Shown here in pieces: positions 1 to 10,247 of a stretch of DNA of 64,000 nucleotides. Position numbers and translations under genes: made by a program. The notes beneath the pieces were generated by a model that saw nothing but the letters and a program-made list of their open reading frames with translations, ran no database searches and had not been told where the DNA came from. Source of the stretch: Candidatus Latescibacterota bacterium (GTDB lineage: Bacteria > Latescibacterota > UBA2968); assembly GCA_965204375.1 (NCBI GenBank), contig OZ241986.1, forward strand, positions 5,664,001-5,728,000, written 5' to 3'. Numbering within the stretch: the stretch's first letter is position 1; each line of letters begins with the position of its first letter.

Positions 1-1
1 T

Positions 2-736
2 GTGGATAATCCGAAGAATACTTCAATTTCGGTGTCGTTTCTTTCAGATGCGAAACAGCTCAAGGCGCTTTTGCCCGATTGTTTTGAACTCGGCAGGGAG
101 CCTGTTGTGTCGGTATATGCCAATTATATGAAGGAAATTGAATGGCTGGCAGGGCGCGGTTACAATATTCTGGGTGTTTCTTTTCCGGCGGTGTTTAAGG
201 GGGCGAGAGACCATGTTCGCGGGCCTTTTCTTTCCGTGCTCTGGGAAAATCTCTGTGATCCGATTATCACCGGGCGTGAGGAACTCGGGTTTTCGAAAAT
301 TTATTGCGAGATGCCCGAGCCGCGTATTACGAGCAGTGAAGCGCAAGCTGTTGCGGGTTGGTTGGGGTTCAATTTTCTGGATATTTCGGTGACTAATCTG
401 AGGCCACCGTCTGAAAATCCGACACCTGCGAAGGGCGGTGGCGGGAAGGTCGATGGGACGCTTCACTACAAATATATGCCCCGAACAGGCGTATGGGGTA
501 AGGAGGATATTGCCTATCCGGTTATTACGCCAGCAAAGGGGGGGCATCGAAAGGTTGAGGAACATCTGGTTGGCGATGGGTGTATTACGTGGAACCGCGC
601 GCGTTGGGAAGATTTGCCTACGATGTATAATATTGTCAATGCGCTGGCCGATTTGGAGGTTGTGGAGTATTTGGGCGGGTCGCTTACGCGCACGGTTGGT
701 GGCAAGGATTTGAGCGATCAGCGCATTCTGTACTAA
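2..736 (+). CDS. Acetoacetate decarboxylase family protein (5'-truncated by window edge)
   Basis: Family-like motifs GRGYN, ENLCDPIITGREELGFSKI; open from window start. Confidence 0.8.
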   Translation: MDNPKNTSISVSFLSDAKQLKALLPDCFELGREPVVSVYANYMKEIEWLAGRGYNILGVSFPAVFKGARDHVRGPFLSVLWENLCDPIITGREELGFSKIYCEMPEPRITSSEAQAVAGWLGFNFLDISVTNLRPPSENPTPAKGGGGKVDGTLHYKYMPRTGVWGKEDIAYPVITPAKGGHRKVEEHLVGDGCITWNRARWEDLPTMYNIVNALADLEVVEYLGGSLTRTVGGKDLSDQRILY

Positions 737-1560
737 TGCACCATGGCCGCTCCGCCCGATATGCTGATTGCCTGTCCGGTCATGTAATCGCCATCGGGAG
801 AGGCCAAAAATGCAGCGACGTTTGCGACATCTTCTGGCTGTCCAATGCGTCCGAGTGGGTTGTTCTGAGAGGAGCGTTCGACCATTTGCGCTCTAAAGTC
901 TTCGATTGATGTTCCGCTGGGCTTTAGTCCGCTGGCTATGCCGTGCAGGCGTTCGGTTTCGATGAGGCCGGGGCAAATTGCGTTGACCTGAATGCCGTAG
1001 GGTCCCATTTCCTGGGCGAGGCATTGCGTGAACCCGATGACGGCAAATTTTGAAGAGCAATAGGCCGCGAATCTGGCGATTCCGCGCAGTCCCGAGGTTG
1101 ATGAGATGTTGATAATTTTGCCCCCATTATTCCGTTTGATGAGGTGGCGGACAACGGCGCGGGAACATAAGAAGGTGCCTTTGACATTTACGCGTTGAAC
1201 ATGGTCGAAGATGTCTTCTTCTAATTCGGCAACGGGTACGCGGTCCGGTCCGGCGGGGGCACCCGCGTTGTTGACGAGGATGTCGATTTTGCCAAAGCGC
1301 GCGAGTGCGGTGTTCACCATTTGTTCGACTTGCTCTGCGCTGGTGACATCGACTTCTGTTGCGAGAACCCTCCGCCCCATTGCTTCGATTTCTTTGGCAA
1401 CCGCGGGCAATCCGGCCCAGTCGCCGCGGGCATTTGCATCTATATCACAGATAACAATATCAGCGCCTTCTCGCGCAAAACGCAACGCTATTGCGCGTCC
1501 GATTCCGTGTTCACCACCAGCACCGGTTATCAGGGCTACTTTGTTTTTGAGATTGGACAT
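733..1560 (-). CDS. SDR family NAD(P)-dependent oxidoreductase
   Basis: TGAGGEHGIG, NNAG, catalytic YCSSK, VNAICPG. Confidence 0.95.
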   Translation of the reverse strand: MSNLKNKVALITGAGGEHGIGRAIALRFAREGADIVICDIDANARGDWAGLPAVAKEIEAMGRRVLATEVDVTSAEQVEQMVNTALARFGKIDILVNNAGAPAGPDRVPVAELEEDIFDHVQRVNVKGTFLCSRAVVRHLIKRNNGGKIINISSTSGLRGIARFAAYCSSKFAVIGFTQCLAQEMGPYGIQVNAICPGLIETERLHGIASGLKPSGTSIEDFRAQMVERSSQNNPLGRIGQPEDVANVAAFLASPDGDYMTGQAISISGGAAMVH

Positions 1561-1584
1561 TTCTTTCCTTTCGTATATAAGGCG

Positions 1585-1703
1585 CGAATAGACGAATAGA
1601 CGGAGCGGGGTACAACTGGCCGCCTCTCAGGCCAGTTCATAGACGAATGGCAATACATACTGATTTTGGGAGAATGGGCGGGGTTCGTTGATTCGCAGAT
1701 TCG
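1585..1703. repeat. Dispersed intergenic repeat copy 1 (GACGAATA units, shared core, GATTCG units)
   Basis: Near-identical to 23717-23810; this copy carries an extra hairpin AACTGGCC...GGCCAGTT at 1614-1637. Confidence 0.8.
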
Positions 1704-1761
1704 TTGATGTCTATTATAGCAGGTGAAGGGGAAGAACGCAACAATACCGAGAGGTTGTGTT

Positions 1762-4566
1762 ATGGAATACACTGTTTTGTCAAAGACCGGCTCGACGCGT
1801 GGCACAGCTTATGGGATGAGCAATAAAATTATCACGCATGAGGGCAAGACGCATGTGGTGTGGCTGGATCAGATTCACAAGACGTATGCGGCAACGTATT
1901 GTCACGAGGCCAAAGTGTGGAGCGATCCGGTTTTTGTGGCGGATGGGGTTGATAATCACGCGGGCGCGGCGATGACAATGGATTCTAAGGGGTATCTCTA
2001 TCTCGCGTTTGGTCCGCATCACAATCCGATGCAACACGCGGTGAGTGTACGTCCCAATGATACGTCCAGGTGGAGGATCCTTACCCCTTTTGGCGGTGTG
2101 AATGCGACGTATCCCAGTCTGGTGTGTGGTGCGCGCGATGTGTTGCACGCGTGTTATCGGGGGGCGTATGAGCGCGAGCGACCCTGGGGTCTGTTTTATC
2201 AGAAGCGGTCTGTGGATGGGGATTGGACAGAACCGGTGAAGCTGGTCGATCCGCAGGGACCGTCGGCTTATGTGCATCTTGAGAATTGTATCCATATTGA
2301 AGGGGATGTGCTTTATTTGTCTTTTCACCTTGCGCGGAGTAATGAGGATAATCCGGGAGATACAAAGGGCCGCGGTTTTGGCATTATGCGGTCGCGCGAT
2401 TGGGGTGAGACATGGGAGACTGTGGCGGGGGAGAGGCTCGACTTACCCGTGACGCCAGATTCTCCGTGTGTGATTGAATACAGCGATGGGTTCGATATTC
2501 GCATTGGCAATGTGGTGACCTGTGTGGGCGATGTGGTGCTTTTTACGTTGAACCGGCGAGAGGGCGAGTTTGAGGAGACGTTTTTGTATCGCTGGCAAAA
2601 AGGGGAATGGGAGCGGAAGTCTTTTTTGCCTTTGGCTGAGAAAGTTTTTGGGCGGTGTGCGATGTCAGATCGGTGTGTGTTGAGTGTGTCAAAGGATGGT
2701 GTGCTGTACGCGGCGGGTGTGGTGTGTAAGCGCGGCGGGCATTGGGCCGATCCGACAAATGCTATTGTGTTGTTTGTATCGCGGGATGTGGGTGAGACTT
2801 GGCAGGCGTACCGGGTTTCGCCGGAGGATGAGACGGTGTCGGATTGGTTGCCGAGTTTGGAGCGTTGCGCTACGCCCGAGAACAAGATCGGGGTTCCTCA
2901 GCTTTTGTACACGCACGGTGAAAGAGGTGAGGGATGTAGCCCGGATATCGATACAGAGATTCGGCATGTGTTTTTGGACGAGGTTGCCGAGCGCGAGAAT
3001 GCACTGGTGGATCGCGCGGTGTCGGGTTTGGGAAATATTGCTGGGTTGCCATTTTCCAGGGCGCAATGGAAAAAGGTACGGGGGCAAATTGAAAGGCAGG
3101 GGCGGCAATATGTCGCTTTGCGCAATGTGTCGGTGGGATATGATGTCGAGCCACCTCTGGTGTTTGTGCCGGGGGATGTGCCCGAGGGCGAACAGCAGCC
3201 GTTTGCGCTGAGTGACGCCAATATTGCGCGGCCAGATGCCGATGATGAGCTGGCTTTTTTGCCAGCGAGTTCTCTTGCGCGTTTGATTGAGCAGAGGGAG
3301 ATTTCACCGGTTGAGTTGACGCGGTTGTACCTGGATCGCCTCGCGCGTTATGGCGAGAAGTTGAAGTGTGTGGTTACGCTGACAGAAGATCTGGCGATGG
3401 GACAGGCAAAGGCCGCTGAGGCGGAGATTGCGAGGGGCGATTATAGAGGTCCGTTGCACGGTATTCCCTGGGGTGCGAAAGATTTGTTGAGTACAAAGGG
3501 TATTCGCACGACGTGGGGGGCTACGCCGTTTAGAGATCGGGTGCCGGATGAGGACGCGAGTGTGGTGAAAAAATTGAGACAGGCGGGTGCTGTGCTGGTT
3601 GCCAAGTTGTCACTGGGTGCGCTGGCGTCGGGACCGACGTGGTTTGAGGGTATGACGCGCAATCCGTGGGATACCGAGAAGGGATCGAGCGGGTCGTCAG
3701 CCGGGTCTGGCGCGGCAACCGCGGCGGGATTGGTGGGGTTCAGTATCGGGTCTGAAACGCAAGGTTCTATTGTTTCGCCAAGTCACACATGCGGTGTGGT
3801 GGGGTTGCGCCCGACTTATGGGCGGGTGAGTCGTTATGGGGCTATGGCTCTGAGTTGGACAATGGATAAATTGGGTCCTATGTGCCGCAGTGTAGAGGAT
3901 TGTGCTGCTGTGTTTCACGCGATTTGTGGACCAGATGGCAGGGATCGTTCGGTGGTGGATGCGCCGTTTAACTGGTGTCCCGATGTGGATTTGTCCGGGT
4001 TGCGGATTGGATATCTGGCGTCTGAGTTTCAGAAGGAGGCAGATGGCGAAGATCCCACTGGTGTTTATGCTGAGGCGCTGGACGTGATGCGCGGTTTGGG
4101 CGCTGATTTACAACCCGTTTCGTTGCCGGATTATCCGACGGATGCGATTGCGATGGTGCTTCGGGTTGAGGCTTCCGCGATGTTTGACGATGCAACTCTG
4201 CGCGGAGAACTGGATGTGATGACGGAAGCGGATAAGAGTTCGTGGCCCAATACTTTTCGAGCGGCGCGCACGGTGACGGCTGTGGAGTATTTGCGGGCGC
4301 AGCGTTTGCGTGCTCTGTTGATGCGCGATGTGGCACAGGTGATGCAAGACTGGGATGCGGTGCTGGTGCCGCGCGGTGGAAGGACGAGTTTGGCTGTGAC
4401 CAATTTGACGGGACATCCCGCGATTATTTTGCCTTGTGGGTTTTCTGAGGGTACGCCGAGAGGGTTGACTTTTTTGGGCAATTTATACGATGAGGCGACG
4501 ATTCTCGCGGTTGCACGAGCCTATGAACAGGCTACCGATTGGCACGCGATGCATCCGATAGTATGA
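1762..4566 (+). CDS. BNR/sialidase-like beta-propeller fused to amidase-signature family amidase
   Basis: Asp-box motifs SRDWGETW and SRDVGETW; amidase motifs GPLHGIPWGAKD, GSSGSSAGS, GSETQGSI; ATG at 1762 after GAGG. Confidence 0.85.
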   Translation: MEYTVLSKTGSTRGTAYGMSNKIITHEGKTHVVWLDQIHKTYAATYCHEAKVWSDPVFVADGVDNHAGAAMTMDSKGYLYLAFGPHHNPMQHAVSVRPNDTSRWRILTPFGGVNATYPSLVCGARDVLHACYRGAYERERPWGLFYQKRSVDGDWTEPVKLVDPQGPSAYVHLENCIHIEGDVLYLSFHLARSNEDNPGDTKGRGFGIMRSRDWGETWETVAGERLDLPVTPDSPCVIEYSDGFDIRIGNVVTCVGDVVLFTLNRREGEFEETFLYRWQKGEWERKSFLPLAEKVFGRCAMSDRCVLSVSKDGVLYAAGVVCKRGGHWADPTNAIVLFVSRDVGETWQAYRVSPEDETVSDWLPSLERCATPENKIGVPQLLYTHGERGEGCSPDIDTEIRHVFLDEVAERENALVDRAVSGLGNIAGLPFSRAQWKKVRGQIERQGRQYVALRNVSVGYDVEPPLVFVPGDVPEGEQQPFALSDANIARPDADDELAFLPASSLARLIEQREISPVELTRLYLDRLARYGEKLKCVVTLTEDLAMGQAKAAEAEIARGDYRGPLHGIPWGAKDLLSTKGIRTTWGATPFRDRVPDEDASVVKKLRQAGAVLVAKLSLGALASGPTWFEGMTRNPWDTEKGSSGSSAGSGAATAAGLVGFSIGSETQGSIVSPSHTCGVVGLRPTYGRVSRYGAMALSWTMDKLGPMCRSVEDCAAVFHAICGPDGRDRSVVDAPFNWCPDVDLSGLRIGYLASEFQKEADGEDPTGVYAEALDVMRGLGADLQPVSLPDYPTDAIAMVLRVEASAMFDDATLRGELDVMTEADKSSWPNTFRAARTVTAVEYLRAQRLRALLMRDVAQVMQDWDAVLVPRGGRTSLAVTNLTGHPAIILPCGFSEGTPRGLTFLGNLYDEATILAVARAYEQATDWHAMHPIV

Positions 4567-4572
4567 GAGGTG

Positions 4573-5439
4573 TTATTCGTTTAGAATAGATAATAGAAAT
4601 TGTCCATAGCTGTTTTGCGCCATGGTTTGCGCGAGTTGTTCGAGTTGTGCAGCGTCGATGTATTCCTGGCGATAGGCGATTTCTTCGATGCACGCAATTT
4701 TGAGGCCCTGGCGTTCCTGAATCGCCTGCACAAAACCCGATGCCTGGTGAAGCGATTCAAATGTGCCGGTGTCGAGCCAGCAATACCCGCGGCCGAGCAA
4801 TTCGACTTCGAGTTGTTGGCGTTTGAGATATTCTTCGTTCACATCGGTGATTTCGTATTCTCCACGCGCCGAAGGCGTCAGACTTTTGGCGATGTCAACG
4901 ACCTGGTTGTCGTAAAAGTAGAGGCCGGGAACGGCGTAGCGCGATTTGGGGTGTTCGGGTTTTTCTTCTATGCCGATGACGCGGCCCTGGTTGTCAAATT
5001 CGATGACGCCATATCGCTCGGGGTCGGTTACTGCATACCCAAAGATGAGGCCGCCTTTGGTGAGTTTTCCGGCTCGGTGTAATATTTCGCCGAGTCCGTG
5101 GCCGTAGAAGATGTTGTCGCCGAAGATTAAGCAGACTGGGTCGGTGCCTATAAAATCGCTTCCGATCACAAATGACTGGGCAACGCCTTCGGGGCGCGGT
5201 TGCTCGGCATATGTGATGTTGAGGCCGAGATAGGAGCCGTCGTCGAATAAACGCCTGTAGAGGGGCAGGTCGTGGGGGGTGGAGATGATCAATATATCGC
5301 GGATGCCGGCCAGCATGAGGACGGAGAGGGGATAGTAGATCATGGGTTTGTCGTAAACGGGCTGGAGTTGTTTGCTGACCACGCGCGTGATGGGATAGAG
5401 GCGGGTGCCAGCCCCACCTGCGAGTAAGATGCCTTTCAT
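4573..5439 (-). CDS. rfbA: Glucose-1-phosphate thymidylyltransferase
   Basis: [43 protein letters not shown]. Confidence 0.97.
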   Translation of the reverse strand: MKGILLAGGAGTRLYPITRVVSKQLQPVYDKPMIYYPLSVLMLAGIRDILIISTPHDLPLYRRLFDDGSYLGLNITYAEQPRPEGVAQSFVIGSDFIGTDPVCLIFGDNIFYGHGLGEILHRAGKLTKGGLIFGYAVTDPERYGVIEFDNQGRVIGIEEKPEHPKSRYAVPGLYFYDNQVVDIAKSLTPSARGEYEITDVNEEYLKRQQLEVELLGRGYCWLDTGTFESLHQASGFVQAIQERQGLKIACIEEIAYRQEYIDAAQLEQLAQTMAQNSYGQFLLSILNE

Positions 5440-5554
5440 GTATTGTCTCCTGAGGTTGAGATGTTAAATATGGATACTGGTAGGGGATATTGTCAAGGGG
5501 TAGAACACATGAGGTGGTTTTTGGTTCAGTTTTGGAAATCGCAAGGAGGTGATT

Positions 5555-6382
5555 ATGAGCGATAAAGGGTATGTGAATCCCGAGTTGTTGATTTCGCCGC
5601 GGGATTTGTATGAGAAGGCTGCCGATGTCTGCATTGTGGATACGCGACCGACGCATGCTTATGTCGCCGGGCATATTCCGGGTGCGCTTCATCTGGATCT
5701 TTACGCAATCAGTTTGAACGATACCCGCGAACAGGCTTTTGATGCGTTTATGTGGATGCTCGGTTATTTGTTCAGCAATCGAGGTATTGGTACGGATAAG
5801 ACGGTGGTCTGGTACGAGGATGATTCCGGGGTGCGCGCGTCGCGGGGTTTTTGGATTTGTGAATATCTGGGCCATCCCGATGTGCGCGTGCTGGATGGGG
5901 GATGCAATGCCTGGACGGCCATGGGCTATGAATTGACGAGGGACAGTGAGGAGGCAGAACCTGCGGAGTTTGTCGCAGAGGCGGTGCCGGGGCGTCACAT
6001 GGGGGCTGATGTTTTAAATGGTCTTTTGGAACGCGAGGATGTTGTGCCTCTGGATACGCGCGGTGACGATGAGTATTTCGCACGCAATGTGCGGGCTGCG
6101 CGCGGGGGTGCTATTCCAGGTGCTGTGCATGTTGAGTATGTGAATAATCTGGATGAGACAGGGGCGTTTAAGCCAGCAGATGAGTTGCGGGCGATGTACG
6201 AGGCTGTGGGTATTTCGCCCGATAAGGAAATTGTGCCTTACTGACAGGGCGGGTACCGCTCTTCCCAAACGTACCTGGCATTGCGGTTGCTGGGTTATGA
6301 AAAGGTCCGAAATTATATCGGGTCTTGGAAAGAGTGGGGTGACCGGCTGGATTTGCCGGTCGAAGTGCCTGAAGAGAAGTAA
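5555..6382 (+). CDS. Two-domain rhodanese/sulfurtransferase, probable selenoprotein (TGA 6242-6244 read as Sec)
   Basis: GHIPGA and LDGG motifs; reading through TGA gives [34 protein letters not shown], with the active-site loop and C-terminal signature; ends TAA 6380-6382. Confidence 0.88.
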
Positions 6383-6401
6383 TACAGGAGGAGACCATAT
6401 C

Positions 6402-7859
6402 TTGGATTATAATAATCGTCCCAATGTTCTCATTTTGATGTCCGATCAACACCGCGCAGATTGGATGACATGTGCGGGTAATAATACGGTGCCCACGCCG
6501 ATGATTGATCGCGTGGCTGCGCGTGGGGTGCGGTTTGAGAATGCCTATTGTCCCTATCCGGTGTGTACGGCTTCGCGTATGTCGCTGTTGACGGGTTTGT
6601 ACGCACATAATACGGGGGCAATTAATAATAGTGATCGGCTGGATTGGCGCTATCGCACGGTGGCACATCATTTTGCGGATCATGGATATTTGACGAGTTT
6701 GATCGGCAAGATGCATTTTAACGATGCACATAATCACGGTTTTGCGTCGTATTTGTCGATTAACGATTGGTTGATGTATTTGGGTCCAAAGGTTGAGCAT
6801 TATGCGAATGAGATTGCCAATCACGCGATAGGCGAAGGATTTTTTGATTCGGTTTTTGATACGGGTAGTGGGTTTCCCGATGTGTCGTTGCTGTGGGATG
6901 GCGCAAGTCCATGGGCGGGCAATGTGGCGCGGTGGGATTTTTCGAGTACGGCTTCGCCGCTTGATGCAGAAGATCATCTGGATATGTTTGTGGCGCGCGA
7001 GTCTGTGAAGTTTATGCGCGAATATCGCGATCAGCCATTTTTTCTGGTGGCGAGTTTTATGAAGCCCCATCCACCTTTTTACCCGCCGCGCGAATGGGCA
7101 GAGCAGTTTCCGCCGGGGTCGGTAGATCTGGTGGAGGTGGGGGATAGTTCGCAATATCCGAGGCATATACAACAGCGTATTGATAGGACGCAGGGTATGG
7201 GTGAAAAGCGGCTTCGGGCGCATAAGGCGGGGTATATGGGCAATCTGGCTTTTGTCGATTATTGCATCGGGCGCGTGCTGGATGGGTTGGAGGAGTTGGG
7301 GTTGGTGGAAGATACGATTGTGGTCTATACTTCGGATCACGGCGAGATGGGCGGTGAGCACGGGTTGTATCAGAAGTTTTGTATGTTTGAGCCTGCGGTG
7401 AAGGTGCCTTTGATTGTGAGTTGTCCTTCTCGTTTTCCAGTGGATCGGGTGGCTTCTGCGTTGACCGAATATTTTGGTCTGTATCCCACGCTTTCAGAGT
7501 TGTGTGGGTTGTCGGCACCCGGTCGGACGACACTAATGGATTTTGATGGTGCTCGCGATACAATGGATGCGAAGAGTTTTGCCAGTATTGTGCGCGATCC
7601 CGATACGTCTGGTCCCGATGCTGCGTTTTCCGAGTTCGGGTTGCGTTCTCCTATCGCCCAGTATATGGTGCGGGCTGAACGGTTTAAATACGTTTATAAC
7701 GATGGTGGTTCGCGGCATGAATTATACGATTTGGAAAATGATCCGGGCGAGTGTAGCAATTTGATCGACAATCGAGATTTTGCGGCTGTTCGCGCGGATT
7801 TGCAGGAGCGATTGTTCGCGTGGTACGATCCTGGTTCCAATCCTTATAGCGAACGGTGA
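6402..7859 (+). CDS. Sulfatase (choline-sulfatase-like)
   Basis: NVLILMSDQH, CTASR FGly motif, GKMH, YTSDHG; TTG start after AGGAGG. Confidence 0.9.
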   Translation: MDYNNRPNVLILMSDQHRADWMTCAGNNTVPTPMIDRVAARGVRFENAYCPYPVCTASRMSLLTGLYAHNTGAINNSDRLDWRYRTVAHHFADHGYLTSLIGKMHFNDAHNHGFASYLSINDWLMYLGPKVEHYANEIANHAIGEGFFDSVFDTGSGFPDVSLLWDGASPWAGNVARWDFSSTASPLDAEDHLDMFVARESVKFMREYRDQPFFLVASFMKPHPPFYPPREWAEQFPPGSVDLVEVGDSSQYPRHIQQRIDRTQGMGEKRLRAHKAGYMGNLAFVDYCIGRVLDGLEELGLVEDTIVVYTSDHGEMGGEHGLYQKFCMFEPAVKVPLIVSCPSRFPVDRVASALTEYFGLYPTLSELCGLSAPGRTTLMDFDGARDTMDAKSFASIVRDPDTSGPDAAFSEFGLRSPIAQYMVRAERFKYVYNDGGSRHELYDLENDPGECSNLIDNRDFAAVRADLQERLFAWYDPGSNPYSER

Positions 7860-7880
7860 GATTGAGATATTGGAGGGGCT

Positions 7881-10226
7881 ATGGCAGACCGAAAAACTGT
7901 TTTGATGCAGGCGATGCGCGGTGAGATAACTGTTGATGAGGCAGCCGATCAATTGGGTATTTCGCGCGGGTCGTTTCGGGATTTTCAACGGCGGTTTTTG
8001 CACCAAAAATTGCCCGGGACGGAGGAGATGGTAAAAGCACCGGTAGATCAGCCGGTGACGGTGTTGCGCGACCGGTGGGGCGTGGCGCATATCGAGGCGG
8101 CTTCGATGGCGGATTGTTTTACTGCGCTGGGATATGCAATGGCGCAGGATCGGTTGTGGCAGATGGATTATATGCGGCGGTTGGCACACGGGCAATTGTC
8201 GGAGATTTTAGGAGCGGATTACCTGGCGCAGGATCGCTTGCATCGAACGATTGGTTTGACGCGCGCGGCACAGGGGGCAGCTTCGGCGATGTCGGATGAG
8301 GTGAAGATGGTGTTGCAGTCGCTGGGCAGCGGTGTCAATGCGTGGATGGAAGCGATGGGGGATCGGCGTTGTGTTGAGTTTGATTTGCTGGATTACGATC
8401 CCGCGCCGTGGACGGTGGTGGATTCGATTGCGATATGGAAATGGCGGTGGTGGATGCTGACGGGACGACTGAGTGGGGTTGCGGTGAATGAGGCGGCCAA
8501 ACGCCATTTGTCTCCCGATTTGTTCGATTTGTTTTTGACGACAGAGGCTTCAGAAGAGACCATTGTTCCGTCTGATGAACCGGCCGGTGTGGGGGGATAT
8601 GATACGGGGATTGGTAGCAATAACTGGGTGATTGGGGGCGAGCGGACGGCGAATGGCAAACCCGTGCTGGCAACGGATCCGCACAATGATGTGAGTTTGT
8701 GCAGGCAGTGGTATCAGGCACAGGTGCGTGCACCGGGTATGGATGCTGTGGGTGCGTTTTTTTTGGGGACGCCGGGTATTTATCTGGGACATACGCGCGA
8801 TACGGCGTGGGGCGTGACCAATCACTCGGCTTCGGTGCGCGATTTGTATGTTGAAGATGTGTCGGAGGAGGATGAGAGTTTGTACCGGGATGGGGATGCA
8901 TGGCGTCCGTTTGAGGTGGAGGAGCAGGCGATTTCCGTGCGCGATGCCGCAGCGGATGTGCTGGTGATTCGCCGGTCCCGTCGCGGTCCAGTTGTCAATG
9001 AGTTTGTGCCTGCTGTAGGGGATGGGGAGCAACCCGTGCTGTCTATGCGCTGGATAGGGGCTGAGGCGACAACGGGATTTGAGGCGATGCTGGAGCTGAT
9101 GCGGTCAAAAAATGTCGCGCAGGTTCTGGATGCGCTCGCCAAATGGCCGATGCCTATTTTGAATTTTGTGTTTGCCGATTCCGATGGAAGGCTTGGATAT
9201 CACGTGGTTGGGCATGTGCCAACGCGCAAGGTGGGGGATTTTGGTTTTCGTCAGGCAAATGATCCGGATCACGAATGGGGCGCGCCACACGCTTTTGACG
9301 AGTTGCCGCATCTGGTGGATCCCGAGCGCAATTGGGTGGCGACTGCAAATAATCCACCGTGGGGTGGTCGGGGTCCTTATCTGTCGCTGGGTTCATGGTC
9401 GGAGGGGTATCGGTTTCGGCGGATTGTGGCGCGTATTGAGGAGTTGGAGACACATACGCAGGAGAGTACGGGTGCTATTCACGCCGATGTTGTACACGGG
9501 CGGGGGGAAGATCTGGCGCCGATTGTTGCAGGGATTGCGCTGAGAGCGGGAAATAAGCGCTTGCGCGATCTGGGTGAGTTATTGCGCGGCTGGGATGGCG
9601 CGTATTCGGTTGATTCGATTGCCGCTACGGTGTTTACGGCATTTTGGGAGCATTGGGTGCGGCGGGTGGTGCGGGTTCGATTTCCCGAGCAGGTGGCTCA
9701 ACTGGTGGTGGGGCGAGGTGGCAGTGTGGCGCGGCAGGTGTTGACGGGTCAGGCGTTGGATTGGACGCCGGATGATTGGGATCTGGATCGGGAGGTGCAG
9801 GCGGCATTGGGCGATGCGCTGGATTGGTTGCGCCGACGCGTGGGTCCGCGCAGATCGCAGTGGCGCTGGGGGCGTTTGCACACTGTGACTTTTCGGCATC
9901 CATTGAGTGATGGTGGGGCGTTGTCAAAGATGTTTGATGTGGGGCCTTTTGAGTCGTCGGGGAGTACGGGTACTGTGCGTGCAACGGGGTATAATTTTGG
10001 CAAGCTGTTTGAGGTTGGTTCGCTTTCGACCTATCGGATGGTGGTGGATATGAGCAATCCGGCGCAGAGTATGGCGACGGCGGCTGGCGGACAGTCGGGA
10101 CATCCACTCAGTCCGAATTATCGCACGCAGTCCGAATTGTGGGCCGCCGATGAGTACCATCCCCTGTTGATGGATTGGGAAGATATAGTGGGGAATTTAC
10201 AGAGCAGGTTGGAGTTGAATCCTTAA
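7881..10226 (+). CDS. Penicillin acylase family Ntn-hydrolase with N-terminal HTH-like extension
   Basis: RDRWGVAHI, AQDRLWQMD, GSNNW nucleophile site, GGQSGHPLSPNY. Confidence 0.92.
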   Translation: MADRKTVLMQAMRGEITVDEAADQLGISRGSFRDFQRRFLHQKLPGTEEMVKAPVDQPVTVLRDRWGVAHIEAASMADCFTALGYAMAQDRLWQMDYMRRLAHGQLSEILGADYLAQDRLHRTIGLTRAAQGAASAMSDEVKMVLQSLGSGVNAWMEAMGDRRCVEFDLLDYDPAPWTVVDSIAIWKWRWWMLTGRLSGVAVNEAAKRHLSPDLFDLFLTTEASEETIVPSDEPAGVGGYDTGIGSNNWVIGGERTANGKPVLATDPHNDVSLCRQWYQAQVRAPGMDAVGAFFLGTPGIYLGHTRDTAWGVTNHSASVRDLYVEDVSEEDESLYRDGDAWRPFEVEEQAISVRDAAADVLVIRRSRRGPVVNEFVPAVGDGEQPVLSMRWIGAEATTGFEAMLELMRSKNVAQVLDALAKWPMPILNFVFADSDGRLGYHVVGHVPTRKVGDFGFRQANDPDHEWGAPHAFDELPHLVDPERNWVATANNPPWGGRGPYLSLGSWSEGYRFRRIVARIEELETHTQESTGAIHADVVHGRGEDLAPIVAGIALRAGNKRLRDLGELLRGWDGAYSVDSIAATVFTAFWEHWVRRVVRVRFPEQVAQLVVGRGGSVARQVLTGQALDWTPDDWDLDREVQAALGDALDWLRRRVGPRRSQWRWGRLHTVTFRHPLSDGGALSKMFDVGPFESSGSTGTVRATGYNFGKLFEVGSLSTYRMVVDMSNPAQSMATAAGGQSGHPLSPNYRTQSELWAADEYHPLLMDWEDIVGNLQSRLELNP

Positions 10227-10247
10227 AATATATCGGAATGCATTCTT

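Noticed and set aside
6153-6401. N-terminal extension of the sulfatase ORF
   Set aside because: Overlaps the read-through rhodanese C-terminus; an RBS supports the start at 6402
4994-7361. Long antisense/alternative-frame ORFs (e.g. 4994-5998, 6168-7361; likewise 13725-14720, 17807-18841, 22649-23593)
   Set aside because: Shadow frames of well-supported genes, with no motifs and biased composition
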